A DNA stretch of 34,521 nucleotides from a virus (IMGVR_UViG_3300033485_000053:1-34521); one strand, 5' to 3'; shown: positions 8,070 to 16,127, counted from the stretch's first letter. Made by a program: numbers and translations. The notes: generated by a model from the sequence alone, not told the origin.

Positions 8070-8115
8070 GCATTTTGTGCGCGCAGATTAAAAATATATG
8101 TGATGCGGAAATATG

Positions 8116-8144
8116 TTTACTTTTTGGAGTTGTGCGCGTACAAT
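8116..8144 (+). promoter_or_regulatory. Sigma70-type rightward promoter reading into array 2
   Basis: TTTACT-17 bp-TACAAT immediately before the attC half-site. Confidence 0.55.
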
Positions 8145-8168
8145 TCAGTCTTGAATGCCGTGTTAGGC
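8145..8168 (-). repeat. attC half-site (one arm only)
   Basis: T-CAG-T-CTT-G-AAT-GCCGT-GTTAGGC has the same spacing as the other right arms. No complementary arm seen upstream. Confidence 0.65.
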
Positions 8169-8195
8169 ATTTTAACAACGAAGCGGAGTAAGAAA

Positions 8196-8420
8196 ATGAA
8201 AAAGCCATACCCATCACTGTGCAAAGACTGCAAACACAGCAAGACAGAAGAACGTAGCGAGTGGAACTTGAGATGTCACCATCCAGTTGTAAATGCAAAA
8301 GACCCGTGGGCGCTTGCAAGCATCAATGCGGGTGGAAGTAATTGCTCCACCGTGCGAGAAAAGCACTGGCCTGCGGCTTGTGGAATGCGCGGCGCACTTT
8401 GGGATGGGAAGAGTGTCTAA
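8196..8420 (+). CDS. Cassette E: Cys-rich hypothetical protein
   Basis: GGAG RBS at 8185-8188; LCKDCKH...C.HP...C...R......CG..G.LW; TAA inside GTCTAAC. Confidence 0.75.
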   Translation: MKKPYPSLCKDCKHSKTEERSEWNLRCHHPVVNAKDPWALASINAGGSNCSTVREKHWPAACGMRGALWDGKSV

Positions 8421-8477
8421 CGCAAAGTTAACCGGCTCCGCGCTTTTGCGGAGTCCGGGTTGAACGGCGGGTTAGCC
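8415..8477 (-). repeat. attC-like site 5 (63 bp)
   Basis: GTCTAAC-GCAAA-GTT-AAC-CGG-CTCCGC pairs with GCGGAG-T-CCG-G-GTT-G-AAC-GGCGG-GTTAGCC. Confidence 0.9.
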
Positions 8478-8705
8478 ACTACGCCAAGAGTGCTAGGGCA
8501 TTCCAGAGATTGCAGAACGCAACAGTGGATGATTACATGCCCCAAATGCGCCAAGCAATTCGAGCCGCAAACAACGCGACTTTCATGGCAGTCAATGGAT
8601 TGTCCGAAGTGCGGAACATCTTTGATCGCCGATTACAATGCGGAGCCACCAACTGTGAGGGTGGCTAACGTGGAGTTGAGCGGGCGCGCTGAGAACGCAA
8701 TTTAA
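8460..8705 (+). CDS. Cassette F: zinc-ribbon protein
   Basis: Two CPKC motifs. Probable TTG start with GGAG (8450-8453) inside the attC arm. Confidence 0.65.
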   Translation: MNGGLATTPRVLGHSRDCRTQQWMITCPKCAKQFEPQTTRLSWQSMDCPKCGTSLIADYNAEPPTVRVANVELSGRAENAI

Positions 8706-8747
8706 TCAACCACGCTTCGGGCGCTCCGCTCGAACGGAAAGTTAGGA
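8663..8747 (-). repeat. attC-like site 6 (85 bp)
   Basis: GGCTAAC-GTGGA-GTT-GAG-CGG-GCGC pairs with GCGC-T-CCG-CTC-G-AAC-GGAAA-GTTAGGA. Confidence 0.9.
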
Positions 8748-8754
8748 ACTTACC

Positions 8755-8952
8755 ATGAAACAGAAAAAGATAGAACTTCTTGTAACCTATAAATTTAAGG
8801 TTAGTTATGAGCACGCAGACCACCTACGAGAGATAAAAAAAGAACTCAAGAAACACCCGATAACCAACATGGATGGAGCAGGAGTAGCAAGCGATGGGGT
8901 TGTCTATGGATACTCATGCAAACTTATTAAGGCGTTTCCTAACGTGAAATAG
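8755..8952 (+). CDS. Cassette G: hypothetical protein
   Basis: The AGGA of the core site could act as RBS. Ends PNVK* in the attI-like site, like cassette D. Confidence 0.7.
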   Translation: MKQKKIELLVTYKFKVSYEHADHLREIKKELKKHPITNMDGAGVASDGVVYGYSCKLIKAFPNVK

Positions 8953-9045
8953 GCACCCTAAAAACCCCAACAAATACACCATAATTTTTTTTAGCCACAT
9001 GAAAATAAAGTTAAGTTTTTAACTAAAAGCGCAGATTTTTACACC
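8937..9045 (-). repeat. attI-like terminal site, copy 2
   Basis: Direct repeat of 1362-1470; the last 30 bp are identical. Confidence 0.7.
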
Positions 9046-9058
9046 AAAAGGAACTGAT

Positions 9059-9283
9059 ATGGAAGAGAAGACACCAAAGAAACGCGGACGCAAGACAATC
9101 TCGAAGGATGGCGCAAAGATGCTTAACCGTAACTTCAGGACTACGGATGCAGAATGGGAATCGTGCCTATTGTTTGGCGGCGGAAAGTGGATTAGATCGC
9201 AGATTCATCGGAAGATTAGGCTGGATGCTCAGAAAAAGGTTGATGAAATGTGCGCACCAGTTTTGGCAGAAACGGAGAAATAA
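9059..9283 (+). CDS. Small putative DNA-binding protein (ribbon-helix-helix-like)
   Basis: KKRGRK basic N-terminus; RNFRTTDAEW...GG.KWIR; AAGGA RBS. Confidence 0.6.
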   Translation: MEEKTPKKRGRKTISKDGAKMLNRNFRTTDAEWESCLLFGGGKWIRSQIHRKIRLDAQKKVDEMCAPVLAETEK

Positions 9284-9284
9284 C

Positions 9285-9446
9285 ATGGAACAGAAATTAA
9301 AAATAACGCGTAATAAAATAAAAGAAAAGCTACAGGAAGGACTAGATGTGAACAACTGGTCTATTGTTGGAACAAGAGGATCAAACGCAGCATTTTTGAA
9401 GCTTCTTATTGAATATCTTAAGAGCAAAGGAATTGAAGTGCATTGA
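9285..9446 (+). CDS. Hypothetical protein
   Basis: GGAG RBS; follows the previous stop directly. Confidence 0.6.
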   Translation: MEQKLKITRNKIKEKLQEGLDVNNWSIVGTRGSNAAFLKLLIEYLKSKGIEVH

Positions 9447-9452
9447 CAGTAG

Positions 9453-9746
9453 ATGACATCAATCGTGGATAATATAGTTGACCTGCACGCAGCAAGAAAA
9501 GAGCGCGAGCCGCACAGCACAGGTGAAGCTAGATGCTTGTCTTGTAACCACGAATGGATAGCGGTAGCACCTACTGGCACAGTTTGGCTAGAATGTCCTG
9601 AATGCTCGATTGAAAAAGGCAGATTCGTCGCGCATCACGAAAGAAGTGGCGACCATTGGGAATGTGATTGTGGGTGTGACTTGTTCTACATAACACCGGA
9701 CGGAATGTATTGTCCTAATTGCGGAGATTGGCAGCATGGATTCTGA
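9453..9746 (+). CDS. Zinc-binding hypothetical protein
   Basis: CLSC, CPEC, CDCG and CPNC motifs. Confidence 0.75.
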   Translation: MTSIVDNIVDLHAARKEREPHSTGEARCLSCNHEWIAVAPTGTVWLECPECSIEKGRFVAHHERSGDHWECDCGCDLFYITPDGMYCPNCGDWQHGF

Positions 9747-9761
9747 CGCATCATAATGATA

Positions 9762-9813
9762 GGGCGGATAACTCAGATGGTTAGAGCAATGCCATCTCCC
9801 TTTCCGCCCACCA
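9762..9813 (+). pseudogene. Truncated tRNA-like element (acceptor stem, D-arm and CCA; no anticodon or T arm)
   Basis: GGGCGGA/TCCGCCC-A-CCA and TAACTCAGATGGTTAGAGC. Confidence 0.6.
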
Positions 9814-9825
9814 ATACATAAAGAG

Positions 9826-10014
9826 GTGATTGGAAAAATGAAAAATTGGATAATTGAATTAGTAACCAATAATGTGTTATGTAATAACATAGAAATAGAC
9901 GCAGAATCAATCGAAAAGACTGATTATCAAACACTATTGATTGACGGAGAAAAATGGGAATTGCCAAACATTTGCGGACTAAGTTTCGGGCGCGTTGAAT
10001 GTATAAGCGGGTAA
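9826..10014 (+). CDS. Hypothetical protein (start uncertain)
   Basis: ORF track; GAGG nearby. Confidence 0.45.
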   Translation: MIGKMKNWIIELVTNNVLCNNIEIDAESIEKTDYQTLLIDGEKWELPNICGLSFGRVECISG

Positions 10015-10360
10015 CGTGATTACGCAACAGGGTAATTATGTGTTAAAATAAATCATGGGAAGAAAAACACAGCGGCTCAAAAAGCCCAAAATCATGCCAG
10101 ATGAAGATATGGTGATAATGCGTAATCTATCATTCGTTATGGCTCCTTTGGTTTTATTGCTCATGTGGATTATAGGTTAGTAAGCACTAACAAACAAAAC
10201 GAGGATTAAAAACTTTGACATAAGATTATGTGGATAATTGGAAGTGTTTTATTTATTATGGTCGCCGTTACAGAGTTTATTTCTGGCAGTGTAGAAAATG
10301 GAGCAACACATTTAGCTCTTGGAGCTATTTATATGCATATATTCTTTATGGAAAGTAAAA

Positions 10361-10687
10361 ATGTCTGAACAACAATATCAATGCCCTGTATGCAATCAGC
10401 AATATACCCAGTTCACTGCTAAGCTTCATGCTGGATGTGGAGTGGTTATGGTGTCAGCCATTTCAGAAGAGGCTGAAGAATATAAGCTGCAACTTAAAAC
10501 GCGAGGAATTGGACATCAAAGAATAGAAATAGTTACATCAAGCATTGCGGATACAGATATAAACGAAAGCGTGATAGATTCATCTGAAGTTGATATTGCG
10601 CCAGAACCAATCAGTCAAGCTCAAGAAACCGCGCCTATTGCAGCACAAGAGCCAAAGAAGCGCGGCCCGAAGCCAAAGGCTAAATAA
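10361..10687 (+). CDS. Hypothetical protein upstream of terS
   Basis: N-terminal CPVC and C-terminal PKKRGPKPK. Confidence 0.65.
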   Translation: MSEQQYQCPVCNQQYTQFTAKLHAGCGVVMVSAISEEAEEYKLQLKTRGIGHQRIEIVTSSIADTDINESVIDSSEVDIAPEPISQAQETAPIAAQEPKKRGPKPKAK

Positions 10688-10699
10688 GGTAGTAATAGA

Positions 10700-11218
10700 A
10701 TGCCACCAAGACAAAAGCCCGGAACAGATGAAGAGATACTCGCCGATTGGGATACTGGCGACTATTCAAAGCTCCACGGCGGAACAAAGACACAAAGCGA
10801 CCTATCATATAAGCATCATTGCTCTATAGGTAGGATAAACAAGTTAGTAAAGGGAAGAACCCCCCAAAACTTACAGATTGTGAACAACTTAATTTATGCG
10901 AATCAAGAGCTTGCAAACAAAAATGAATTTGAAGTGAATGCGGTGAATAAGGTTGTTGACGAACGTACAAAACATATCCAATTCTTCAATGATGCCGCTG
11001 TGCTAAATGTAAGAGACTCGTTAGCTGCTCCATGTGAAAGCCAAAACGATTTCAGGGCAAGAGCTGAGACAATAGCAAAGGGGCGCGAGGTTGTATTGGG
11101 AAAGACTCCTGATACAGCTATTCAGATCAATAGTTCAGGAAATACTCAGATAGTCAGCGCAGACATGAGCGCACAAGACGCTGCTAGGGCTTATGCTGAT
11201 ATGGTATCTAGGAAGTGA
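10700..11218 (+). CDS. terS: Terminase small subunit (putative)
   Basis: HTH-like N-terminus; overlaps the terL start; C-terminal AARAY helix. Confidence 0.7.
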   Translation: MPPRQKPGTDEEILADWDTGDYSKLHGGTKTQSDLSYKHHCSIGRINKLVKGRTPQNLQIVNNLIYANQELANKNEFEVNAVNKVVDERTKHIQFFNDAAVLNVRDSLAAPCESQNDFRARAETIAKGREVVLGKTPDTAIQINSSGNTQIVSADMSAQDAARAYADMVSRK

Positions 11219-12849
11219 TTACGGGCTTTGACTTCAAGAATCCAGACTATGCCGCTGTTTATGCCGAACGTGCTAAACGGTTATCGCATATAAGGAACAA
11301 TCCGCATTTGTTGCCGGGTTTGAAGGCTTACTATCGAGACAATATCCCGCAATTCATCACAGATTGGGGCTGTACGTTTGACCCACGCAATCCGGAGAGA
11401 AACCTTCCTTCTGCTATACCTTTTATCCTATTTCAAAAGCAAGTTGATTGGGTAGAGTGGTTTTTAGAGTTATGGAAGAGCGGCAAATCTGGGCTTACTG
11501 AGAAGAGCCGCGATGCTGGTGTAAGCTGGCTAACTGTTGCTACTGCTTGCTCAATATGCCTATTCAACGAAGGTATTGTAGGCGGGTTTGGAAGCCGAAA
11601 AGAGGAATATGTTGACAAGATAGGCTCGCCTCATTCTCTATTTGACAAGGCACGAACATTCTTGCAAATGCTACCTGCTGAGTTTACAGGTAGTTGGTCT
11701 GCCCCTCATATGCGTGTATTGTTTAGCGATACCGGGTCTAGTCTAACTGGAGAATCTGGCGATGGTATTGGGCGTGGTGCTAGAACGTCATTTTACTTTG
11801 TTGATGAATCGGCTTTCCTTGAAAGGCCGCATCTTGTAGAGGCTTCGTTGTCACAGACTACAAACTGCCGTATGGATGTATCAACGCCTAACGGTATCGG
11901 CAATCCTTTTGCTGAAAAGCGTAGAGGTGGGAAAGTCCCTGTTTTTACATTCCATTGGCGTGATGATCCACGCAAAGGCGAGGAATGGTACGAAGAACAA
12001 AAGGCAAAGCTAGACCCTATAACGCTTGCGCAGGAAGTTGATATTAACTATTCGGCTTCAGTTGAGGGCGTACTTATTCCTTCAGATTGGGTGCAGTCTG
12101 CTATCGGGGCAGATGAAAAGCTGATGATAGGAATATCAGGGGTTCGCAAGGGTGCGCTGGATGTTGCTGATGAGGGCAGAGACGAAAATGCGTTCTGTGG
12201 GCGTTCAGGGATATTGATAGAGTATCTGGAAGGTTGGAAAGGTGCTGGTTCAGACATTCTCGCTACTGTAGAGCGTTCCTTTATGAATTGTGACAAGTTG
12301 GGGTACTCAGCCTTTGATTATGATGCTGACGGACTTGGTGCTGGCGTTCGTGGCGATTCTAGGATGATTAACGAGAGGCGTGAAGAGTGCAAGGAAAAAC
12401 AGATTGCAGTTATGGCCTTCCGTGGTTCCGGTGCTGTTACAAAACCTGAGATGCAAACTATCCCCGGAAGGAAGAACAAGGATATGTTTGCAAATGCAAA
12501 GGCTCAGTCATGGTGGATGCTTCGCAAACGGTTTCAAGATACTCATAGAGCAGTTACGGAGAATAGAGTGCCTGATGATGTGGATGAGTTAATATCAATC
12601 AGCCCTTCATTAACAACGTTAAATCAATTAGTGGTAGAATTGTCGCAACCAACTTATTCAATAAATGGAAGCGGAAAGATTCTAGTTGATAAATCTCCGG
12701 ATGGAACAAAATCACCAAACCTTGCCGATGCAGTAATGATTGCTTTTTCATCGTCCGTTGTTGTTGCTTCGGATAAACGAGATAATAAAAAGAAAGACAA
12801 GTCCGCCGTACATGGTGGACATAACCACGCTCAAGGATGGATGACATGA
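11215..12849 (+). CDS. terL: Terminase large subunit
   Basis: EKSRDAGVSW (Walker A region), YFVDESAF (Walker B), VSTPNG, ALDVADEG nuclease, SPNLADA. Confidence 0.95.
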   Translation: MITGFDFKNPDYAAVYAERAKRLSHIRNNPHLLPGLKAYYRDNIPQFITDWGCTFDPRNPERNLPSAIPFILFQKQVDWVEWFLELWKSGKSGLTEKSRDAGVSWLTVATACSICLFNEGIVGGFGSRKEEYVDKIGSPHSLFDKARTFLQMLPAEFTGSWSAPHMRVLFSDTGSSLTGESGDGIGRGARTSFYFVDESAFLERPHLVEASLSQTTNCRMDVSTPNGIGNPFAEKRRGGKVPVFTFHWRDDPRKGEEWYEEQKAKLDPITLAQEVDINYSASVEGVLIPSDWVQSAIGADEKLMIGISGVRKGALDVADEGRDENAFCGRSGILIEYLEGWKGAGSDILATVERSFMNCDKLGYSAFDYDADGLGAGVRGDSRMINERREECKEKQIAVMAFRGSGAVTKPEMQTIPGRKNKDMFANAKAQSWWMLRKRFQDTHRAVTENRVPDDVDELISISPSLTTLNQLVVELSQPTYSINGSGKILVDKSPDGTKSPNLADAVMIAFSSSVVVASDKRDNKKKDKSAVHGGHNHAQGWMT

Positions 12850-13037
12850 AAAACAAAATAGCCATGTTGCCTAATCCTGATAACCAAAGCCATGAATGGT
12901 GCAGCATTTGCTCCGATGACAATATCGTTGCGGTAGTTCAAGGGAAAACAAACTGCTATTATTGCGGCAATACGATAGTATTATGTAGCAAGCATGCTAA
13001 ACAGCTTTTTGATGAATTGAAAGAATTGGTTAAATGA
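12846..13037 (+). CDS. Small Cys-rich hypothetical protein
   Basis: ATGA-coupled to terL; CSIC, CYYC and LCSKH. Confidence 0.6.
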   Translation: MKNKIAMLPNPDNQSHEWCSICSDDNIVAVVQGKTNCYYCGNTIVLCSKHAKQLFDELKELVK

Positions 13038-13276
13038 ACATTATCTTTGGATTCGATATTACAGATGGAAACTTTGTTGGTACGCTTGACGAAGTTATCG
13101 TTCGATTACCATATGATGTTGTATTCAGATTCCCATATATGGTAGGAATGAAACAAAGATGTTTTGCAGTTCGATGTTTTGCAGTTCCAGAGGATATTGT
13201 GAGAGAATATATCAATGCGCAAAAAGAGAACGATCAGACGATTCGGCAAGCCAATACTAAGATCGAGTGGCGATAG
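13034..13276 (+). CDS. Hypothetical protein
   Basis: ATGA-coupled; contains a 15-bp tandem duplication. Confidence 0.55.
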   Translation: MNIIFGFDITDGNFVGTLDEVIVRLPYDVVFRFPYMVGMKQRCFAVRCFAVPEDIVREYINAQKENDQTIRQANTKIEWR

Positions 13277-13300
13277 GATGAGATATTTGCGGAGTAATGG

Positions 13301-13606
13301 ATGAAAACAGGAACCGTATCGCTTAACAATGCATCACTTCATATCGGATATTCTCAGGTAGTCAAGCCTAACCAGCGCGGATTGCTTCGTGAGATAACTG
13401 AGTTCTTCGTCCCTGATACACAACGCGGGAAAGGTGAAGGAACTGCGTTACTTGAATCTGTATGCGAGCAGGCTGATAATGAAGGCATATTCCTGCTGAT
13501 TAAGCCTGATAATAGCCGTCTAGGCGCGTTCTATGCTCGGCATGGATTCGAGACTTTGCAGGGCGGAGAAAATACTTTTATGATTCGCAAGCCAGTTGTG
13601 CTATAG
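13301..13606 (+). CDS. GNAT-family N-acetyltransferase
   Basis: FVPDTQRGKGEGTALL acetyl-CoA motif and FYARHGF. Confidence 0.85.
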   Translation: MKTGTVSLNNASLHIGYSQVVKPNQRGLLREITEFFVPDTQRGKGEGTALLESVCEQADNEGIFLLIKPDNSRLGAFYARHGFETLQGGENTFMIRKPVVL

Positions 13607-13656
13607 TTAGCGCATACTAACCCTATTTCCTAACGTCGTGAGACGCTGGAGGACTG

Positions 13657-16053
13657 ATGGAACAAGATAATACTGAAGATGTATCTGAAGAATCCACTGA
13701 AAGCATCGTAGAAGAGGCTAAAGAACGATTCGAGCGCGCTAAGGATATGTATTCAGCTTCACGCGCTCAAGCTGTTGCTGATACTCGTTTCGCGCTTGGT
13801 GATAGCGATAATCTATGGCAATGGCCTGAAGATGTGGCTACATCTCGTCAAGGTGATCGCCGCGTGTGTCTTACAGTAAATCTCACCGCACAGCATTGTA
13901 ATCAAATAATCAACCAGATTCGCCAGAATCGCCCATCATGCAGGGTTATGCCTGTTGATGATATGTCCGACAAAAAGACCGCCGAGATACTGGCTGGCCT
14001 CATCCGAAACATCCAAACAACAAGCAATGCAGATGATGCACACGATACTGCCGCTGAACATGCAATCTATGGCGGCGAAGGATATTGGCGCGTCATTACT
14101 GAGTTTGAATCTGACTCGTCGTTTAATCAAATTATCAAAATCAAAGCATGTCCTAACCCACAACTCGTATATATTGACCCAGATGCTGTCGAGCCAGATA
14201 AGTCTGACGCAGAATGGGGTTTTATCTTTGAGGATGTGAAAAAAGACACCATTGAGCGTGAATATCCAGAACTCAAAGGAGAATTGTCTAGCTGGGTTGA
14301 GGATAAGAAATATCAGTGGGTTTCTGAGGACACCGTCCGAGTAGCCGAGTATTTCTATGTCGAATACGTCAAAGACACGGCATTATTGCTTGCTGATGGT
14401 AGCTCAACGCTTGAAAGCACATTGCCAGAAAACGTAACACGCAAGGATATGAAGCTGGTAAACAGCGACACTGGCGAATCTATCGAGATAATCAAAGAAC
14501 GCGATACATTCCGCAAGCAATGGAAATGGTGCAAGCTAGTCGGCGGACATGATAAGCCGTATGAAGAACGAGATTGGCCGGGCGCGTATCTGCCTATCAT
14601 TGCAACCATAGGCAAAGAGGTAAACGTCAATGGTCAGGTGATTCGCAAAGGAATTGTGCGAGATTTAAAAGACCCTGCGCGTATGGTTAATTACTCATAC
14701 TCCGAGACTGTACAAACTTTGGCTTTACAGAACAAAGTCCCTTACATGGCTAGTGCAGAGGCTATAGAAGGCTTTGAAGGAATATGGGGTAATGCCAACC
14801 TTGAGAACCGTGCATATCTTCCATATAACTCATTTGACGAAGCTGGTCAGCCTTTGCAACCACCACAACGCCAGCCTCCAGCGATTATGCCAGCAGCGCA
14901 AGTTCAGTTATTGCAGCTATCTACAGAAGAGATGCGCGGTGCGTCTGGGCAGCAGAATAGCAACTTTGGCATCAAGTCTGAAGCATCAAGCGGTGTAGGT
15001 ATTCAACGCCTGAAGCAACAAGGCGAAATTGCCACGTTCCACTTTCCTGATAATCATGCTCGCGGTTTGAGATATGAGGCAAAGATTCTGATAGACCTTA
15101 TCCCGAAGGTTATGGACACCAAGCAGATAGTTCGTGTGCTTGGCTTGGATGGAAAGCAAGAACAAGCAACGCTTGACCCTTCGCATCAAAACGCTTATTA
15201 CGAGCAAGATATTGGTGATGGCGATATTCAAAAGATATTCAATCCTACCATCGGGCAATACGATGTTGTTATTGACACAGGGCCGTCATTCCAGACTCAA
15301 CGCCAAGAGGCTTTTGCTACATTGTCCGATATGTCTAGCCGTAATCCTGCCTTGATTGATAAGGCCGGAGACTTGATTATGCGCAATTCTGATTATCCGG
15401 GCGCAGACCAAATTGCTGATAGGCTGGAGAAATTCCTGCCGCCCGAAGTCCGCGATCAAAAGAATGGTGCTGCGCAGCAATTACAGCAAGCAACACAAGC
15501 AGCCCAACAGATGCAGCAACAACTCCAGCAGATGCAGCAAGTAATGCAGGAAATGCAGCAGAAATTGCAGGCGGCTGAGAGCGGACAAGCTAAGGCTCAG
15601 ATGGAAATACAGGCAAAGATGCAATTATCCGCTGCTGAGATAGAAGCCAAGAAAGAAATGGCATTGCTGGATGCACAGGTTCAAGATCAAAAGCATCAGC
15701 GCGAGATAGCTGCACGTCAACAACAGGCCGAGATTGAGGCGCAGATTAAACAGCAAACCATAGCTATGGAAATCCAAGCCCGTCAACAACAAGCTGATGC
15801 TGATGCCAAGTTCAAGAAAGAGCAGACGTTAGTAAATGCTCACTTATCTATTGACGCGGCAGAAAAAGATGCTTGTGCAAAAGTCAAGATGGCGCAGATG
15901 GAAATTGAAAGCCGCGAAGATATTGCTGAATTGAACGCTTATGTAGAACTAAAGAGAGCTGGAATTGATAATCCAGACCTGACGGCAGATGTTACGGACG
16001 ATTTAAAAGAAGATGATACAAATAGCTTGACAATCATCGCGGATTCGCAATAA
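13657..16053 (+). CDS. P22-like portal protein
   Basis: QWP...R.CLTVN, GIVRDLKDP.RM.NY, YDVVIDTGPSF.TQRQEA; Q-rich coiled-coil C-terminus; follows terL. Confidence 0.92.
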   Translation: MEQDNTEDVSEESTESIVEEAKERFERAKDMYSASRAQAVADTRFALGDSDNLWQWPEDVATSRQGDRRVCLTVNLTAQHCNQIINQIRQNRPSCRVMPVDDMSDKKTAEILAGLIRNIQTTSNADDAHDTAAEHAIYGGEGYWRVITEFESDSSFNQIIKIKACPNPQLVYIDPDAVEPDKSDAEWGFIFEDVKKDTIEREYPELKGELSSWVEDKKYQWVSEDTVRVAEYFYVEYVKDTALLLADGSSTLESTLPENVTRKDMKLVNSDTGESIEIIKERDTFRKQWKWCKLVGGHDKPYEERDWPGAYLPIIATIGKEVNVNGQVIRKGIVRDLKDPARMVNYSYSETVQTLALQNKVPYMASAEAIEGFEGIWGNANLENRAYLPYNSFDEAGQPLQPPQRQPPAIMPAAQVQLLQLSTEEMRGASGQQNSNFGIKSEASSGVGIQRLKQQGEIATFHFPDNHARGLRYEAKILIDLIPKVMDTKQIVRVLGLDGKQEQATLDPSHQNAYYEQDIGDGDIQKIFNPTIGQYDVVIDTGPSFQTQRQEAFATLSDMSSRNPALIDKAGDLIMRNSDYPGADQIADRLEKFLPPEVRDQKNGAAQQLQQATQAAQQMQQQLQQMQQVMQEMQQKLQAAESGQAKAQMEIQAKMQLSAAEIEAKKEMALLDAQVQDQKHQREIAARQQQAEIEAQIKQQTIAMEIQARQQQADADAKFKKEQTLVNAHLSIDAAEKDACAKVKMAQMEIESREDIAELNAYVELKRAGIDNPDLTADVTDDLKEDDTNSLTIIADSQ

Positions 16054-16127
16054 TGCGGGTGTAGTAAGTGCTAACTATGGCATTTCATAGTGTTCCTAAC
16101 GTCGAGATGACGCCGGAGGTTGTAAAA

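Larger units (their letters stand above)
8145..9045 (-). mobile_element. Integron-like cassette array 2 (3 cassettes)
   Basis: Half-attC, two full attC-like sites, three ORFs and the 105-bp attI-like end. Confidence 0.85.

Noticed and set aside
10213-10238. TTGACATAAGATTATGT as a dif site or canonical promoter
   Set aside because: The palindrome arms are 2 bp apart rather than 6, and TTGACA is only 12 bp from GATAAT.
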